The position numbers were made by a program, and so were the translations under genes. Shown here in pieces: positions 50,985 to 63,271 of a DNA stretch of 64,000 bases. The DNA lies in assembly GCA_965644295.1 (NCBI GenBank), contig CBFFRP010000451.1:54937-118936 (forward strand). The letters are read 5' to 3'. Source of the stretch: Paraphysomonas bandaiensis (Eukaryota > Protista > Chrysophyceae). Numbering within the stretch: the first letter of the stretch is position 1; every line of letters starts with the position of its first letter. Under the pieces are notes generated by a model, which saw only the letters and a program-made list of their open reading frames with translations, had not been told where the DNA came from and did not search any database.

Positions 50985-51345
50985 TTTATATCTAATATCC
51001 ATTGATGATGAATCCAATACAGTATGATATGAAATAAACTGTGTTGAGTTCTGCAATATATTGTGCAATTGAAGTGAGTATACAGTGTGCAATAGGTAAA
51101 GTCAACTCATAGGTGTAACGGGTGATTATAGTTACAAAGGAATTAAATTCAGTTACTGATGTGTGACTATACAAGATATAGAACTGACTGATGAACATAT
51201 GATAAACAGATGTTGCTAAGAAGAGATGTTTCAACATATGTTACACGAATATGTAGTGAAGTGTTCAGAATAATAATCATAATTTCTTAGTTGAAAGTGC
51301 GTTGTGTTCAACAGAGCAAGGTTAAGGTTTACGTGTACTTCAGTG
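50985..51345 (-). repeat. Diverged interspersed repeat; second copy at ~62170-62525 (+)
   Basis: The reverse complement shares the collinear blocks CACTGAAG, TAACCTTGCTCT, ACTTTCAA, AACACTTCA, AACATCT.TTTATCATAT and TCAGTAACTGAAT with 62170-62450. Confidence 0.65.
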
Positions 51346-51737
51346 ATATGTCCAATGCGAACAAACTGAAGTACTGTGACTACATAAGATCGTGACTGTC
51401 TAAGGTCTAAGGTGAGAGTAATTCCAATTAATATAGCAAGAATGATGAAAATTTATTATCACAATTTTAATTAATTTAGGATTATGGTTTATGGAGTGCA
51501 GTTACTTACTTCTAAACGTCAATTAACTACAACTCTATCAACATAATGAGTGTTGTACCTTGCTGCGTGACTGCGTGATATAAGTAGTCTCGCAGCTTCT
51601 AATGTACCTGATCAAATATATATAGCCTTAACGAATGAGTATATTTAATTACCACCAGAAATTAAATATGTCATACAAAAAAATAATTCTGAAAATAGTA
51701 TATCCCTTCTATTTACATGCACACAGCAATATGCGTC

Positions 51738-54080
51738 TCAGCAAGTCCTAGCTTTCTTCGAGCTGTGGGGGGTATCCATGTCAGATATTATGTTATGTAA
51801 CCCCTCGCAAGGTGATGACAACGAGTCGCCATTCTTGGAGGCAAAAGGCACCTCACTCCCGGCATGCGGGATGGAATCCGCCCACTCCATGCTTCCATTT
51901 GCCCCATCGTGCACGACACGAGGCGATACTAATCCTGGATGGCCCATTCTTCCTCGCCCGCGGCCTGCCTCGACATGGGCTAGCATCTCTTCAGTAACTT
52001 CAGGAGTGACATAATGTCCACTAAAACAGGAGGTGTCGAAATATTGCAGAGCAGGGTTTAGAGTCCGTATGCTATCTTCCAGGTCTTCCAGGTCATTATA
52101 AACTACTTCGTCTGCACCTACAGCGTTTGCGATTTCCGCTTCCGTCTTGCTGTGTGCAATGAGCTCCTCACGAGAAGGAATATCGATGCCATACACATTT
52201 GGGTATCGTACAGGAGGAGCAGCAGAGGCGAAGAATATTTTTCTAGCGCCAGCATCTCGAGCCATTTGAATGATCTCCGTGCAAGTGGTACCGCGCACTG
52301 ATTCATAGGCATGCAAAAATATCACAACATTAAAGCTATACTCAGATGCATACCTATCGAGTCATCCACCATTAATACACATTTTCCTTTAAACTCACTT
52401 CTGACCGTGTTGAGTTTTAGTCTGACAGTCTTGCGCCGCATCTCCTGGCCCTATATAGGGTTATGCCGCCAAGAACACAACACCAAATCACTCACAGGCA
52501 TGATAAACGTTCTTGCTATATATCTATTTTTTACGAAGCCTTCTCGATACTGCCTATTGAGATGCACAGCACATTGGAGCGCAGAGACACGTGAAGTATC
52601 GGGAATAGGCATCACTACATCAATGTCGTGATCGGGGAAATCTCTGAGAATCTTCTTTGCCAGTTTTTCACCCATATTCAAACGTGCTTCGTACACTGAC
52701 ACTCCATCCAGTACCTATATTCGATTTTCATAAGGTTTATACTCAAATTTGAAGTATCGCTTACAGAGTCGGGTCTCGCAAAATAGACAAACTCGAATAT
52801 ACACGGTGACAGAGAAGGGGACGAATGACATTGCTGTGAAAAGAGTTTGCCTTCCAGGGTAACAAGCACAGCTTCCCCGGGCATAACATCACGACAGAGG
52901 GAAAATCCACTGTAACATATAGGCTCAGTCAGTCATAATGGGGAGCGCTGCAGCATACCTCGGAGCAAGGGCATCTATGGCAACACTCTCCGAGGCAACG
53001 GCATATCCAGTTGGCGGACCGTTCGTTTGCTTACGTGCACCGTAGCATAATGGCCGTATACCGTGTGGGTCTCGAAAGGCCAGCAACCCCACACCATTAA
53101 TAAGTAGTGTTACAGCATATGCACCTTTGCATCTAAAAGTAGTTACTGGGCCTATTAACACTACACCCATGAATACACTCACCTCCGCATTACACTTCGC
53201 ACAGCATCGAAAACTTCGTCCGGAGACATCTTCCGCAGGCGTTTCCTCTGAAGTTCTTCGGCAAACACATTCATTAGTAATTCCGTGTCAGAACTTGTGT
53301 TGATATGTCGCATATCTTCCTGCATGCTTATCATTAGCTCCTCCGTATTGGTCAGATTGCCGTTGTGAGCACACGCAATACCAAAAGGAGAATTCGTATA
53401 CAGCGGTTGCGCTTCCGACAAGCATCCACCCCCCGCAGTTGGGTATCGTACGTGCCCAATTCCAATATTTCCCAAAACCTGGACCACAGTACTCTGCGTG
53501 AATATTTCGTTGACGGTTCCGGAATTCTTCAAAAGGTGCAATCTCCCTTTGTTCAAAGTAACAATTCCAGCCGCATCTGATGAGCATTGAAAAATAATGT
53601 AAAGTCAGTATTCGTATAGGCATAAGGCATGAATAATAGCGTGATATAACACTGCAATAACAGCTATACAGTAGCGAACTGTTGATAGGTCAGTATCACA
53701 TTGGCGATAAGATGATGCAGCACGTGACTTAATATCCTCACCTTGGCCTCTGTGCTGAAGAACAGTGAGTCCGTCAACTAGAGCCTGGTTTACATAGCTA
53801 TTCTGATATGAAGTGAGAACCAGTCATATAGAGGGCTCGTGTACAGTGCATATATATACATACATATACATAGAGAGAGACGGTGTACAGAGCACGTATA
53901 GCCCATGTGTGTATATATACACATCACGGGCACAGCACAGCACATGTGTGTGTGTGGGTACGGGGGTGGGGAGGGGTACAGCATGTGTGTACATAGAGAG
54001 GGCGTACAGCATGAGTGTATCTGTGTGTGTATGTATGTATGTACCTCATCTGTTAGAACTATGCCTAATATACCGCACAT
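51738..54080 (-). CDS. PPAT: Amidophosphoribosyltransferase (glutamine PRPP amidotransferase), multi-exon
   Basis: N-terminal MCGILG (catalytic Cys), [47 protein letters not shown] and VDDSIVRGTT are present. Confidence 0.96.
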
Positions 54081-54634
54081 CTGTCGGATCGCCTGAGGGG
54101 CTATGGGGACTGATGAGCTCTCACAATACTACTTCCAGTGATGGTAATATGGGCTGTGCAGTATAGCAGGAGCTGATGGTGTGGTGGGTTAATGTGTCCA
54201 ATGCCTCCATGCTACCACCAGCATCTGCGTGTATGTATGTATGTATGTATGTATGTATGTATGTATGTATGTACAGGTACGATACATGGAGATGGACACA
54301 CACCTTCCACCTTCTGGCTCAACCAATACAGAAGACGACCAAAACCCCGAGGTTTTCCTAGAATTGTATGGTTTTTAATCGGAAATCTCTGATTTTTCAT
54401 TGGTTTTGTTTTGGTTGGAGTGTTGTATGTATGTGTTGGTGGACTTGTGATACGGCAGTATACGGTATCTGTATATGAGTCTCCATGTGTATACGACAGT
54501 GGTGTGCTATGTATGTATGTGCAGCTAGGTGTCTCTATATATGCATATACATGTATGTGGAATGGATCTCTCCATCCATCTCAATCATCCATACTCCACC
54601 CCACTAACCATCATCTCCACACCTTAATGGCTGT

Positions 54635-56364
54635 ATGTCCTTTCCTATAAACCACTCTAAGTATCAATTAATATCAGACAACTCCCATGAGACAGACATG
54701 ATCGCCACTGACCCGGCTCACAATCTAACTCAATCCATGCTACAAGAATCAACTAAACCAACACACAGAGGGGATATTGAAGAACAGTGTGATAGTAAGT
54801 ATGGCACACAGGGTGAGTTGTATCTGTTTAAGCCGTCGACTGTCATCCCTCGATTGCGTTTATTTGACGGCAAGACGTTACATGCATCTCTTAAAGCAGT
54901 CGTTAGGAAGCAGTCTTTATTAGTAATTACAGAATCAGATGATAACTGGCATTATATTCTATGTGGTGGGGTAGAAGGCTGGTGTCAGTTTTCGTTCGAC
55001 GACAGTAATTTATCAGATGTAATGATTCGCATGTCAGAATATGGGCGCTACTTGGAGTGGAAAGGCAACAATAAGTTTTTCTGCAATGGGAAACTAATGT
55101 TTGGCAGTGATTTCTACTTTTTCTTATTCACAAATTGTCTTTATATTGTTCCCACTGTTGTGTATTTCGCTCTTGTGCTGCCCTTCATGTATGAGCCGGA
55201 GCTGTGCACAGTATGTTACCCTGCTTTTGCCAATTGACCTGTATAATCATTAAGTTCGCTCAGGTATTAATGGCGCTTGTGTTTATTTATTCCATGATTA
55301 ACTTATGGATGGCTGCATTAACGGAACCTGGAATAATTCGGCGAAACCCTCCCCATGTCACGGTTGGTTGTTTCTTGTTTGCATTGACATAACATAACCG
55401 TTAGTATAGCCTGTTCTTCCTCCTGGGGCTGCCACAGGAGTGTATGGTTGGAAACTATGCGAGACTTGCAATGTATACCGACCGCCTCGAGCTAAGCATT
55501 GTTCCGCGTGTGATAACTGTGTAGAGGCGTTTGATCACCATTGTCCCTGGGTGGGGAACTGTGTTGGCAAGAGAAACTATAGATATTTCTTGCGGTTTGT
55601 CGTGGCTATAACAGGTGTGCAAGGCCTATGTTTGAGTTTATAAGTAGGTTATGGCAATATGTACTGTAGTGTTCTCTGCTGGGGTTCTGGGTACTAGTAT
55701 TGCTGTTTTGGCTCGGCTAGTTGATGAAGTCGCCGACGACGGAGATGGTGCCGCAGCCTCAGTTGATAATATCACTAAGGTATGGTGTTTCTCATTTGCC
55801 AACTGAGCCGGTGTGTTATATAAGTCGCAGACCCTGACGAAATACCCAGCTCCTGCTATTGTGGTGGTTTTCACGTTTATATCCATTTTATCTCTTCAGT
55901 CACTCTGCGGATATCACCTCTATCTGGTGTGGTATGGTCAGACTACAAACGAAAACTTGAGAGGGGTATATCATGGCAGACGAAACCCCGAAGATCGTGG
56001 GCCAGTGAATAATTTCCGTTCAGTATGTTGTTCTCCCTTACCTCGAAGTAACCTACCCAATTTGTCGGAAACTCTTCCAGATGTTGAGTATGTTCATCGG
56101 GCTTATGAGGGGTCAGAAGCATGCAGGAGGTCGTCAGAGGAACCTGTAGAAAAGGGTACGATGTCGACTGCTACTACAAGTGTGAGGAGCACGTTTAGCA
56201 CAGAAGCCCCAGACGAAAGCAGTACGCGTAGAGCTCCTCGCAACCCTAATGAGAGTAGTCAGAGAAACAGCGATAACGTACAAGCACCGATGCATGTAAG
56301 TATTCCACGGCCTGAGTCGCTGGGACATGTGTCCCAGCCGGAAGTTGGTGATGCAGATGTGTGA
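54635..56364 (+). CDS. DHHC palmitoyltransferase (Erf2/ZDHHC9-like) with N-terminal extension, multi-exon
   Basis: Motifs [62 protein letters not shown] and TTNE are present. The start could alternatively be the ATG at 54698. Confidence 0.92.
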
Positions 56365-57424
56365 CATACATAAAGTACGCATAGCATAACTCTAATGGTG
56401 TAATTTTGTCAATTAATTAGCTGTGAAAATATATTTGCTCAATGTGTACAACGTTTTTGCTCAGCTCAAGCTGGTAAGCAACTACGTCGGTGGTGTTAAT
56501 ATACTTTTGCGTATCTTAGCAACTTCCTACACAACGTGCAGTATACGTTAGTATGTTAGTATTGGGGTCAGCATAGCGCGTAGTACGGTCTAATAAATAA
56601 ACTTCAAACGTTATCAGCGGTCAAGTCCACTTTCGTTTTAGTCATGCACAGTGTACTACATTTTTGCACCTGCATATAAGCATAGACATTGTAGATCGCA
56701 GCTTAAATTGATTCGTGAACAACTGCCAAGTTTATTAAACGGAAGTTTGTTGAAGTAGGTGGGCCGTCATTGTGTAGTTGGTTATTTTCTCCCGGGTTAA
56801 TATGGAGCTATATTATACATAAATCCGCTGGCGACATGAGTGTTCTACTGAACAACATTGAACTTGCAACAGGTCAAAACACACGTGACTAAACTAACAT
56901 TATATCGTTTCTTAGCCCTAGGGTCGTATCCTAAACTCACCGAATACGATAAGCATCATCCGGAGCTCAATTAAGTGGTAATAGTATTCTAATGTATATC
57001 TCATAAAATAATAACAACGGCGATATATATATGCGATCACCCTGTAGTTGTTATCTTTACATTATAGGGCGGGAAGCTGGTACTAGAATAAGTAAAAGTA
57101 TCGCAGTAATGCGTAGCTTTGGGAAATTATATTCTTCCTACAGTCGAGCTACGTATATAAAGCGATCGAAAATGCTATGAGAAGAGGAAACACGCTATAT
57201 TTCTATCCTATTAAGTGCTTACCGTGTGAATTTGGATATCCCGACAGACACAAAATATATTTCGCCCTGCAGCAGCCGTCCACGAATATATATATTTCAA
57301 ACTTGTTGGTACGCCAAATGGCTTTTGAGACCATGCAACGTATCAAGAAATTACGAATATAGTGGCACTAGATGCCACATATGTACAATTCTCCCTGCCT
57401 GCACCGCGTAGACTTTTCTGTAGG

Positions 57425-58756
57425 CTATCTCCTTTTACAGTGGACTGCATACTTCCTAAAGTTTTGGATTTTCTTCTTCTCTGCTTCTGCTCGCGCCTTT
57501 CTGACAGCAATTAAATTTTCTCTGACCCTCCTATTCTCTTCTTCCCTTTCTCTACGCAACCGCTCTTGCATATCTTCCTGTGCAATCTCCCCCTCTTCTT
57601 CTTCTCCTTCCTCTTTGTCTCTATCTGTCTGAAGGGAAATTAGAACAGCACCCGAACGACGTTTCTTTCCAGAGCGCTCGACTTCCCCGTCGACAGTATC
57701 GCCTGCTGGTTTCGGAAGCGGCTCGGACATAGAAGGTACCCCCCTTTTTCCGCCAACGGTAATAGACGCCGCAGCTACGGCTGGGTCGCACTGCGAGTGC
57801 TTGAGAACGATAGTGTCGGCCACGTCAGATGGTAAGGGTTGGACATTGTCACCCGCAATTGGGGCAGTCGTCACTACATTAGAGAGAGCACAGGGAGGGT
57901 CGGGAGCCAACACTGGTTCTGCGGTAGGTACCACAGCGCTGACTGTGGCATCTTCTGTGGTTGCTGTGGAGCCGCCTTGCGCCTTCTCTTCCCGGGAAAG
58001 GAGTACAGGAGCGAATACCTGCATTTCCCTATCTCTAAAGAAGGCTAGAACTTTAGAAGCAACGTTCTCTTCAGCTTCTTTCTTAGATGAGCAGGGTTCG
58101 CCAACCATCGGTCCAGGGTCTGGTAATCCGCAGTGAATCAAATCGAAGTTGGGCTCGAATTTCGATACAAATGGGGGCAAATTCGGGGTTGTACTAACAC
58201 TCTTGGTGCTGAAAAAGGTTGCTGCCTTGTCGACGCCACGTTTCTGCATAATTTCTAGTAGAGTACTTTTAGCCTTTTTACGATCGGGTGGCGGCTTGTA
58301 TTGAGAGCGGGAAAGTACTTTAGGTTGCTGCGCTGCTGCAGGATCTGACATCAATATCGCTTTAAGTCGTGCCAAAACATCCTTTATAACACCATCTAAA
58401 GCATCTGTTATTTTACACGCCTCTTGCATATACAGGGCCCCCAAATAAGCCTCCACCATAGTGCCTTGCTCGTGTTTCGACAGTGCCGCATAGTCATTAC
58501 GAGATAAAATATTCGGCACCAACATACCCATACCACACTTCCCTAGATTATCATTGGACACCATCATGGATCTCTTCTGTGTCATCCACCCCTCTCTCTC
58601 TTCTCCTCCTAAGATAAGCTCTTGATATAGTTTGAGATCAAGCAGACGGTCTCCTAGTAGAGCGAGAGCCTTCTGCTTACCTGATCCCCCCTGAGATACG
58701 GGGAGGATGTCATGGAGACTCTCGTGTGTTAATCTCAGGGAGAGAATGGCTGACAT
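57425..58756 (-). CDS. RNase III-domain protein with dsRBD and acidic/basic coiled tail (intronless)
   Basis: RNase III fold motifs LTHES, KALALLGDRLLDL, VSN..L and GTMVEAYLGALY; dsRBD motifs KSTLLEIMQKRG..PPF..SKKEAEENVA. The ATG is at 58756. Confidence 0.75.
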   Translation of the reverse strand: MSAILSLRLTHESLHDILPVSQGGSGKQKALALLGDRLLDLKLYQELILGGEEREGWMTQKRSMMVSNDNLGKCGMGMLVPNILSRNDYAALSKHEQGTMVEAYLGALYMQEACKITDALDGVIKDVLARLKAILMSDPAAAQQPKVLSRSQYKPPPDRKKAKSTLLEIMQKRGVDKAATFFSTKSVSTTPNLPPFVSKFEPNFDLIHCGLPDPGPMVGEPCSSKKEAEENVASKVLAFFRDREMQVFAPVLLSREEKAQGGSTATTEDATVSAVVPTAEPVLAPDPPCALSNVVTTAPIAGDNVQPLPSDVADTIVLKHSQCDPAVAAASITVGGKRGVPSMSEPLPKPAGDTVDGEVERSGKKRRSGAVLISLQTDRDKEEGEEEEGEIAQEDMQERLRREREEENRRVRENLIAVRKARAEAEKKKIQNFRKYAVHCKRR

Positions 58757-58840
58757 GATTAAGAGGTCATATGATGGGAGTTGTGTTGTATATAGAGATG
58801 ATGGACTGTGCTGCCTGTGAAGGAATGAGAGGGTGGATGT

Positions 58841-59447
58841 GTGGGGACTGTACAAGGCTTATGTATGCTTATGTATGGGGACTGTACAAGGCTTATGTAT
58901 GGGGATGTACAGTGGGGTGAGAGTATGCTTATGTATGGGGATCTCTGTACAAGGCTTATGTATGCTTATGTATGGGGACTGTACAAGGCTTATGTATGGG
59001 GATGTACAGTGGGGTGAGAGTATGCTTATGTATGGGGATCTCTGTACAAGGCTTATGTATGCTTATGTATGGGGACTGTACAAGGCTTATGTATGGGGAT
59101 GTACAGTGGGGTGAGAGTATGCTTATGTATGGGGATCTCTGTACAAGGCTTATGTATGCTTATGTATGGGGACTGTACAAGGCTTATGTATGGGGATGTA
59201 CGTGGGGTGAGAGTATGCTTATGTATGGGGATCTCTGTACAAGGCTTATGTATGCTTATGTATGGGGATCTCTGTACAAGGCTTATGTATGCTTATGTAT
59301 GGGGACTGTACAAGGCTTATGTATGGGGATGTACAGTGGGGTGAGAGTATGCTTATGTATGGGGATCTCTGTACAAGGCTTATGTATGCTTATGTATGGG
59401 GATCTCTGTACAAGGCTTATGTATGGGGATGTACAGTGGGGTGAGAG
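58841..59447. repeat. Compound minisatellite built from three related subunits (~97-bp higher-order period)
   Basis: Subunits GGGGACTGTACAAGGCTTATGTAT, GGGGATGTACAGTGGGGTGAGAGTATGCTTATGTAT and GGGGATCTCTGTACAAGGCTTATGTATGCTTATGTAT occur in mostly regular order. Confidence 0.92.
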
Positions 59448-59792
59448 TACTGATGTACTGCTGTGGGAGTGTGAAGCACTGTACAATGCAAGTACTGCTG
59501 TACCCGTACACCAGATGGAGAAGTCTAGAAGTATAGTAATATACAGAGTATATACATTTATTTATTTTCAGTTTTTGTCTATATAAGATACGTGAGAGGC
59601 ATGTAACGGACTCTGTATATGTATGTATATGTATGTATATCATCTGCTGCTATGTGATCTTAATGCATATATATACAGAGACCTCAACTGTTCATCACTC
59701 TGTTACTCCAACACACTAACTGAGAGGACAACATGCATATTCATTGCTAATTTCTTCTTTAACACAACTCCGGATATACTTTCTCTGTAGCC

Positions 59793-61927
59793 ATGGCTCC
59801 AAAGCCTGCTAAGAGGACCACTAAGAAGAAGAAAGATGGAACAGATGATAACAACGCATCTAACTCAATACCTGCTGCCCCTTTAACTCATGAAGAAGAA
59901 GATTTCTATCGTGAACCTATTAAACGTATTGTCCGACCAGAGAATCAAGTGGTGTTGACTGAAGAGCAACTGGCTGAGGAATTTACGCGTATATTGACTG
60001 CGAATGATCCGAATGTTCCCAATAATACCACAAAGTATAATTACAAGGAAAAGGCGTACAAACAGGATCCTGAAGGGCCTATGGATAACCTTGCTTTTCA
60101 CTTTCAGATGGATGGGTGCTCGCTTCATAAAGAAAGTGATGAAGCCAAACATCAGCAGCAGTTGGAAGAGGCCAAAGAAATGGAGATGGAGAGACTACGC
60201 AAGGAGGCAGCCCAGGAAGCACTTGATGCTGGTGAGGACGATGTAGATGCTGAAGCTCCTAAGACAGGAAAGAATCAGTTTAATTACAGCGAGCGTGCGG
60301 CACAAACGTTCAACAATTCGTTGCGATCACGTGGCGTGGCCACAGAACCACCTCCCGTTGTTCAGTTTTTTGCAACTGTGACACAGTGGGAAATATATGA
60401 CGCCTATATGGCTGAGTATAAAAAGCAGCTTCAAGAGGAGGAGTCGCAAAAGAACACAGAAAAGCGTAAAGGTGGTTCTTCGACCCAGAATGTGGAGGAT
60501 AGCGCTGCCAAGGCGAATAAGGAGGATGACATGGTCCATAGCCAGAAAATGAGTAATGCCCTGAAGATTTTAGAACGTATGGTTAATCAGAATGCGGAGG
60601 ACGAGATATTCCAAGATTTTAAGTACTGGGAAGATGCCAGTGATTGGTACCGCAATGGCGAAGGAAGTCTTCTTCCTCTCTGGAGATTCAGCACGGAACG
60701 TACTAAGCGCAAACAAGTAACAGCAATCCGTTGGAACCCCGCGTATCCCGATTTGTTCGCAGTTGCGTACGGTAGTTATGATTTCATGCGCCAGGGGTCC
60801 GGTATGGTGTGCTGCTTTTCTTTGAAGAATACTTCCCACCCTGAGTACATATTCTCGACCGAGTCAGGAGTGATGAGCTTGGACTTTCACCCAAGGCACC
60901 AGTCACTGTTGGCAGTGGGGTGTTATGACGGAACTGTGATGGTATTCGATGTGCGCATTCGCGTGAACCGCCCAATATACTCTTCGTCCATTCGCACAGG
61001 AAAGCATACTGACCCAGTGTGGCAGGTGCACTGGCAGGATGAAGACCTAGTGAAAGAGCTCAATTTCTTCTCGATATCCTCAGATGGTCAGGTCGCGTCG
61101 TGGATCATGAGCAAGAACGAGCTCAAAATGGAACCAGTGATGCAGCTGAAGCTTGTAGCCACCGCAAGAGATGATCCTGACGAAGTTAATTTGTCAGGCC
61201 TTGCAGGAGGTTGTTGCTTTGACTTTAATCGGCATAATGAACACCTCTTCATTGTCGGTACAGAAGAGGGAAAGATTCACAAGTGCTCCAAAGCGTACAG
61301 TGGACAGTACCTGGAAACTTACCAGGGTCACCATATGGCGGTCTACGCTCTCAAGTGGAATCCTTTTCATCCCCGTGTGTTCATATCCTGTTCTGCTGAC
61401 TGGACTGTAAAGATATGGGACCATAATTTCCCAACTCCTATTCTATCGTTCGACCTAGGCAACGCAGTTGGCGACGTGGCCTGGGCTCCTTATTCATCTA
61501 CAGTTTTTGCAGCGGTCACCTCGGATGGAAAGGTTAGTCGTGATAAAATACTATGCTGAATAAAGATCTGATTTGAGTGTAACATTATCACAGGTTCACG
61601 TGTTTGACCTTGCCGAGAACAAACATGAGCCGTTATGCGAGCAGAAAGTCGTTAAGAGAGCGAAGCTAACTCATGTTTGCTTTAACCAGAGCGATCCTAT
61701 CCTCATTGTAGGTGATGATAGAGGGGGGGTAAACTCCCTCAAACTCTCTCCGAATCTCAGAAAGGTATCAGATACTTGGAATACTCTGACTTTTTCTTAC
61801 TGTGAATTAGGTTCATGAACCGAGAGGAGAGGAAGGTGAAGTGCTTCCCCACGACCCAGTTCAACTACAGGTTGATAAAATGGAAAAGCTACTTCTTGCT
61901 GCTGATCAGAAACCTCAATCTGCGTAA
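59793..61927 (+). CDS. DNAI1: Axonemal outer-arm dynein intermediate chain 1 (IC78/IC1)
   Basis: Motifs [64 protein letters not shown] and [10 protein letters not shown] are present. Two 3' introns follow, with TAA at 61925-61927. Confidence 0.93.
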
Positions 61928-63060
61928 TTATGTAAGCTTGTGGCTTGTTGATTTTGGGTTTTGTTTGTTCAATAAAAGTATGAGTACTTTAAGTAAGTAG
62001 GAGAATGAGTTGACATAACTGTTGCAGCGCATACTGACAGCTTCATACTCATATGCAGTTAGAGTCTGATACTTATATAGATTGGTCAAAATGGCACCGC
62101 TAGGAAAGAGAGTGAATCTATCAGAAGTGTGCACTTTATGATATATGAATGACATTGATCGTATCTCCTACACTGAAGCTAACCTTGCTCTTCACGTATC
62201 CTTAAGCTTACTTTGATGCACACAATGTACTTTCAAAAAAGAATTATAATTATTAATCTCAACACTTCATAACATATTCATGGAACATCTGTTCCCAATA
62301 CTCAGTAACATCTCTTTATCATATATGTTCGCTAGTCCATCGTCCATCCAATAATCCTATATTTATATAGTCATAAGTCAGTAACTGAATCTGTTTGAAA
62401 ATCACATAACTGAGATTCCTTATAATAATTATAACTATCACTTGTCATTTATTGCCATTCGCTAAAATTATGTTATCTCAACATCTCAACCACTAATCAT
62501 TCTCCACATAATCTTAGATATATCACGACCTTCTTCGCTAATATATTAAAAAAAGAGAGAGGAGAGGGGGATTTCACCCCCTGTACAGTGTTAACCGTGA
62601 CCATGAAAACTATTAATATACACCAACATTGCCCCTATGGTATTACTCTTTATCACTTACAATAATAATGGACATTTAAAGGACACTTTCAAGGACATAT
62701 TATTTTAATACAAATATATATTATTACAATATTGTAACTGTATATACTTATATATGGACACTTTGATGGACATTTTCAAGGACATTTTTAACAAAAATAT
62801 AAAAAAAACACAAAAAAAATGTTGTGAATATAAAATTTAACAAAAAATGTCCACAAAAACGTCCACTCAAAATACACAAAACACTATAAATACAATAATA
62901 CAACACTACATATATTACATTGACGGACAGAAACCAAACTTAAACACCGAACAACTACAACAGATAGACGGAACAATAGACCTGTTTAACACTATATATA
63001 GACATGCCGTATTTTACTCCCTATTATCCTGTAAAAAAATATATACACCTATTATATATA

Positions 63061-63234
63061 ATGCCAAAGAAACAAGCCCAAGTAAACAAACTGATTAATA
63101 AAGCTTTGAGAGCAACAGTAAACAAAGCTAAACAAGACGTAACAAAGCACGCAGAGAACAAGCGGAAAGAAGTAGCCAAGAAGATAAACAAAAAGGCTAC
63201 ATCTGTGAAAAAAAGAATTAAGAAAAAGCTTTAA
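63061..63234 (+). CDS. Small Lys-rich basic protein (57 aa), virus-like
   Basis: MPKKQAQVNKLINKALR...KKRIKKKL*. The ATG is preceded by ATTATATATA, the same context as the next ORF. Confidence 0.55.
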   Translation: MPKKQAQVNKLINKALRATVNKAKQDVTKHAENKRKEVAKKINKKATSVKKRIKKKL

Positions 63235-63271
63235 TTTATTTTAAATTATTATATAACACATATTATATATA

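Noticed and set aside
58833-59586. Overlapping Cys/Met/Gly-rich ORFs, or a CRISPR-like array
   Set aside because: These are a by-product of the compound minisatellite. The subunits recur with no unique spacers.
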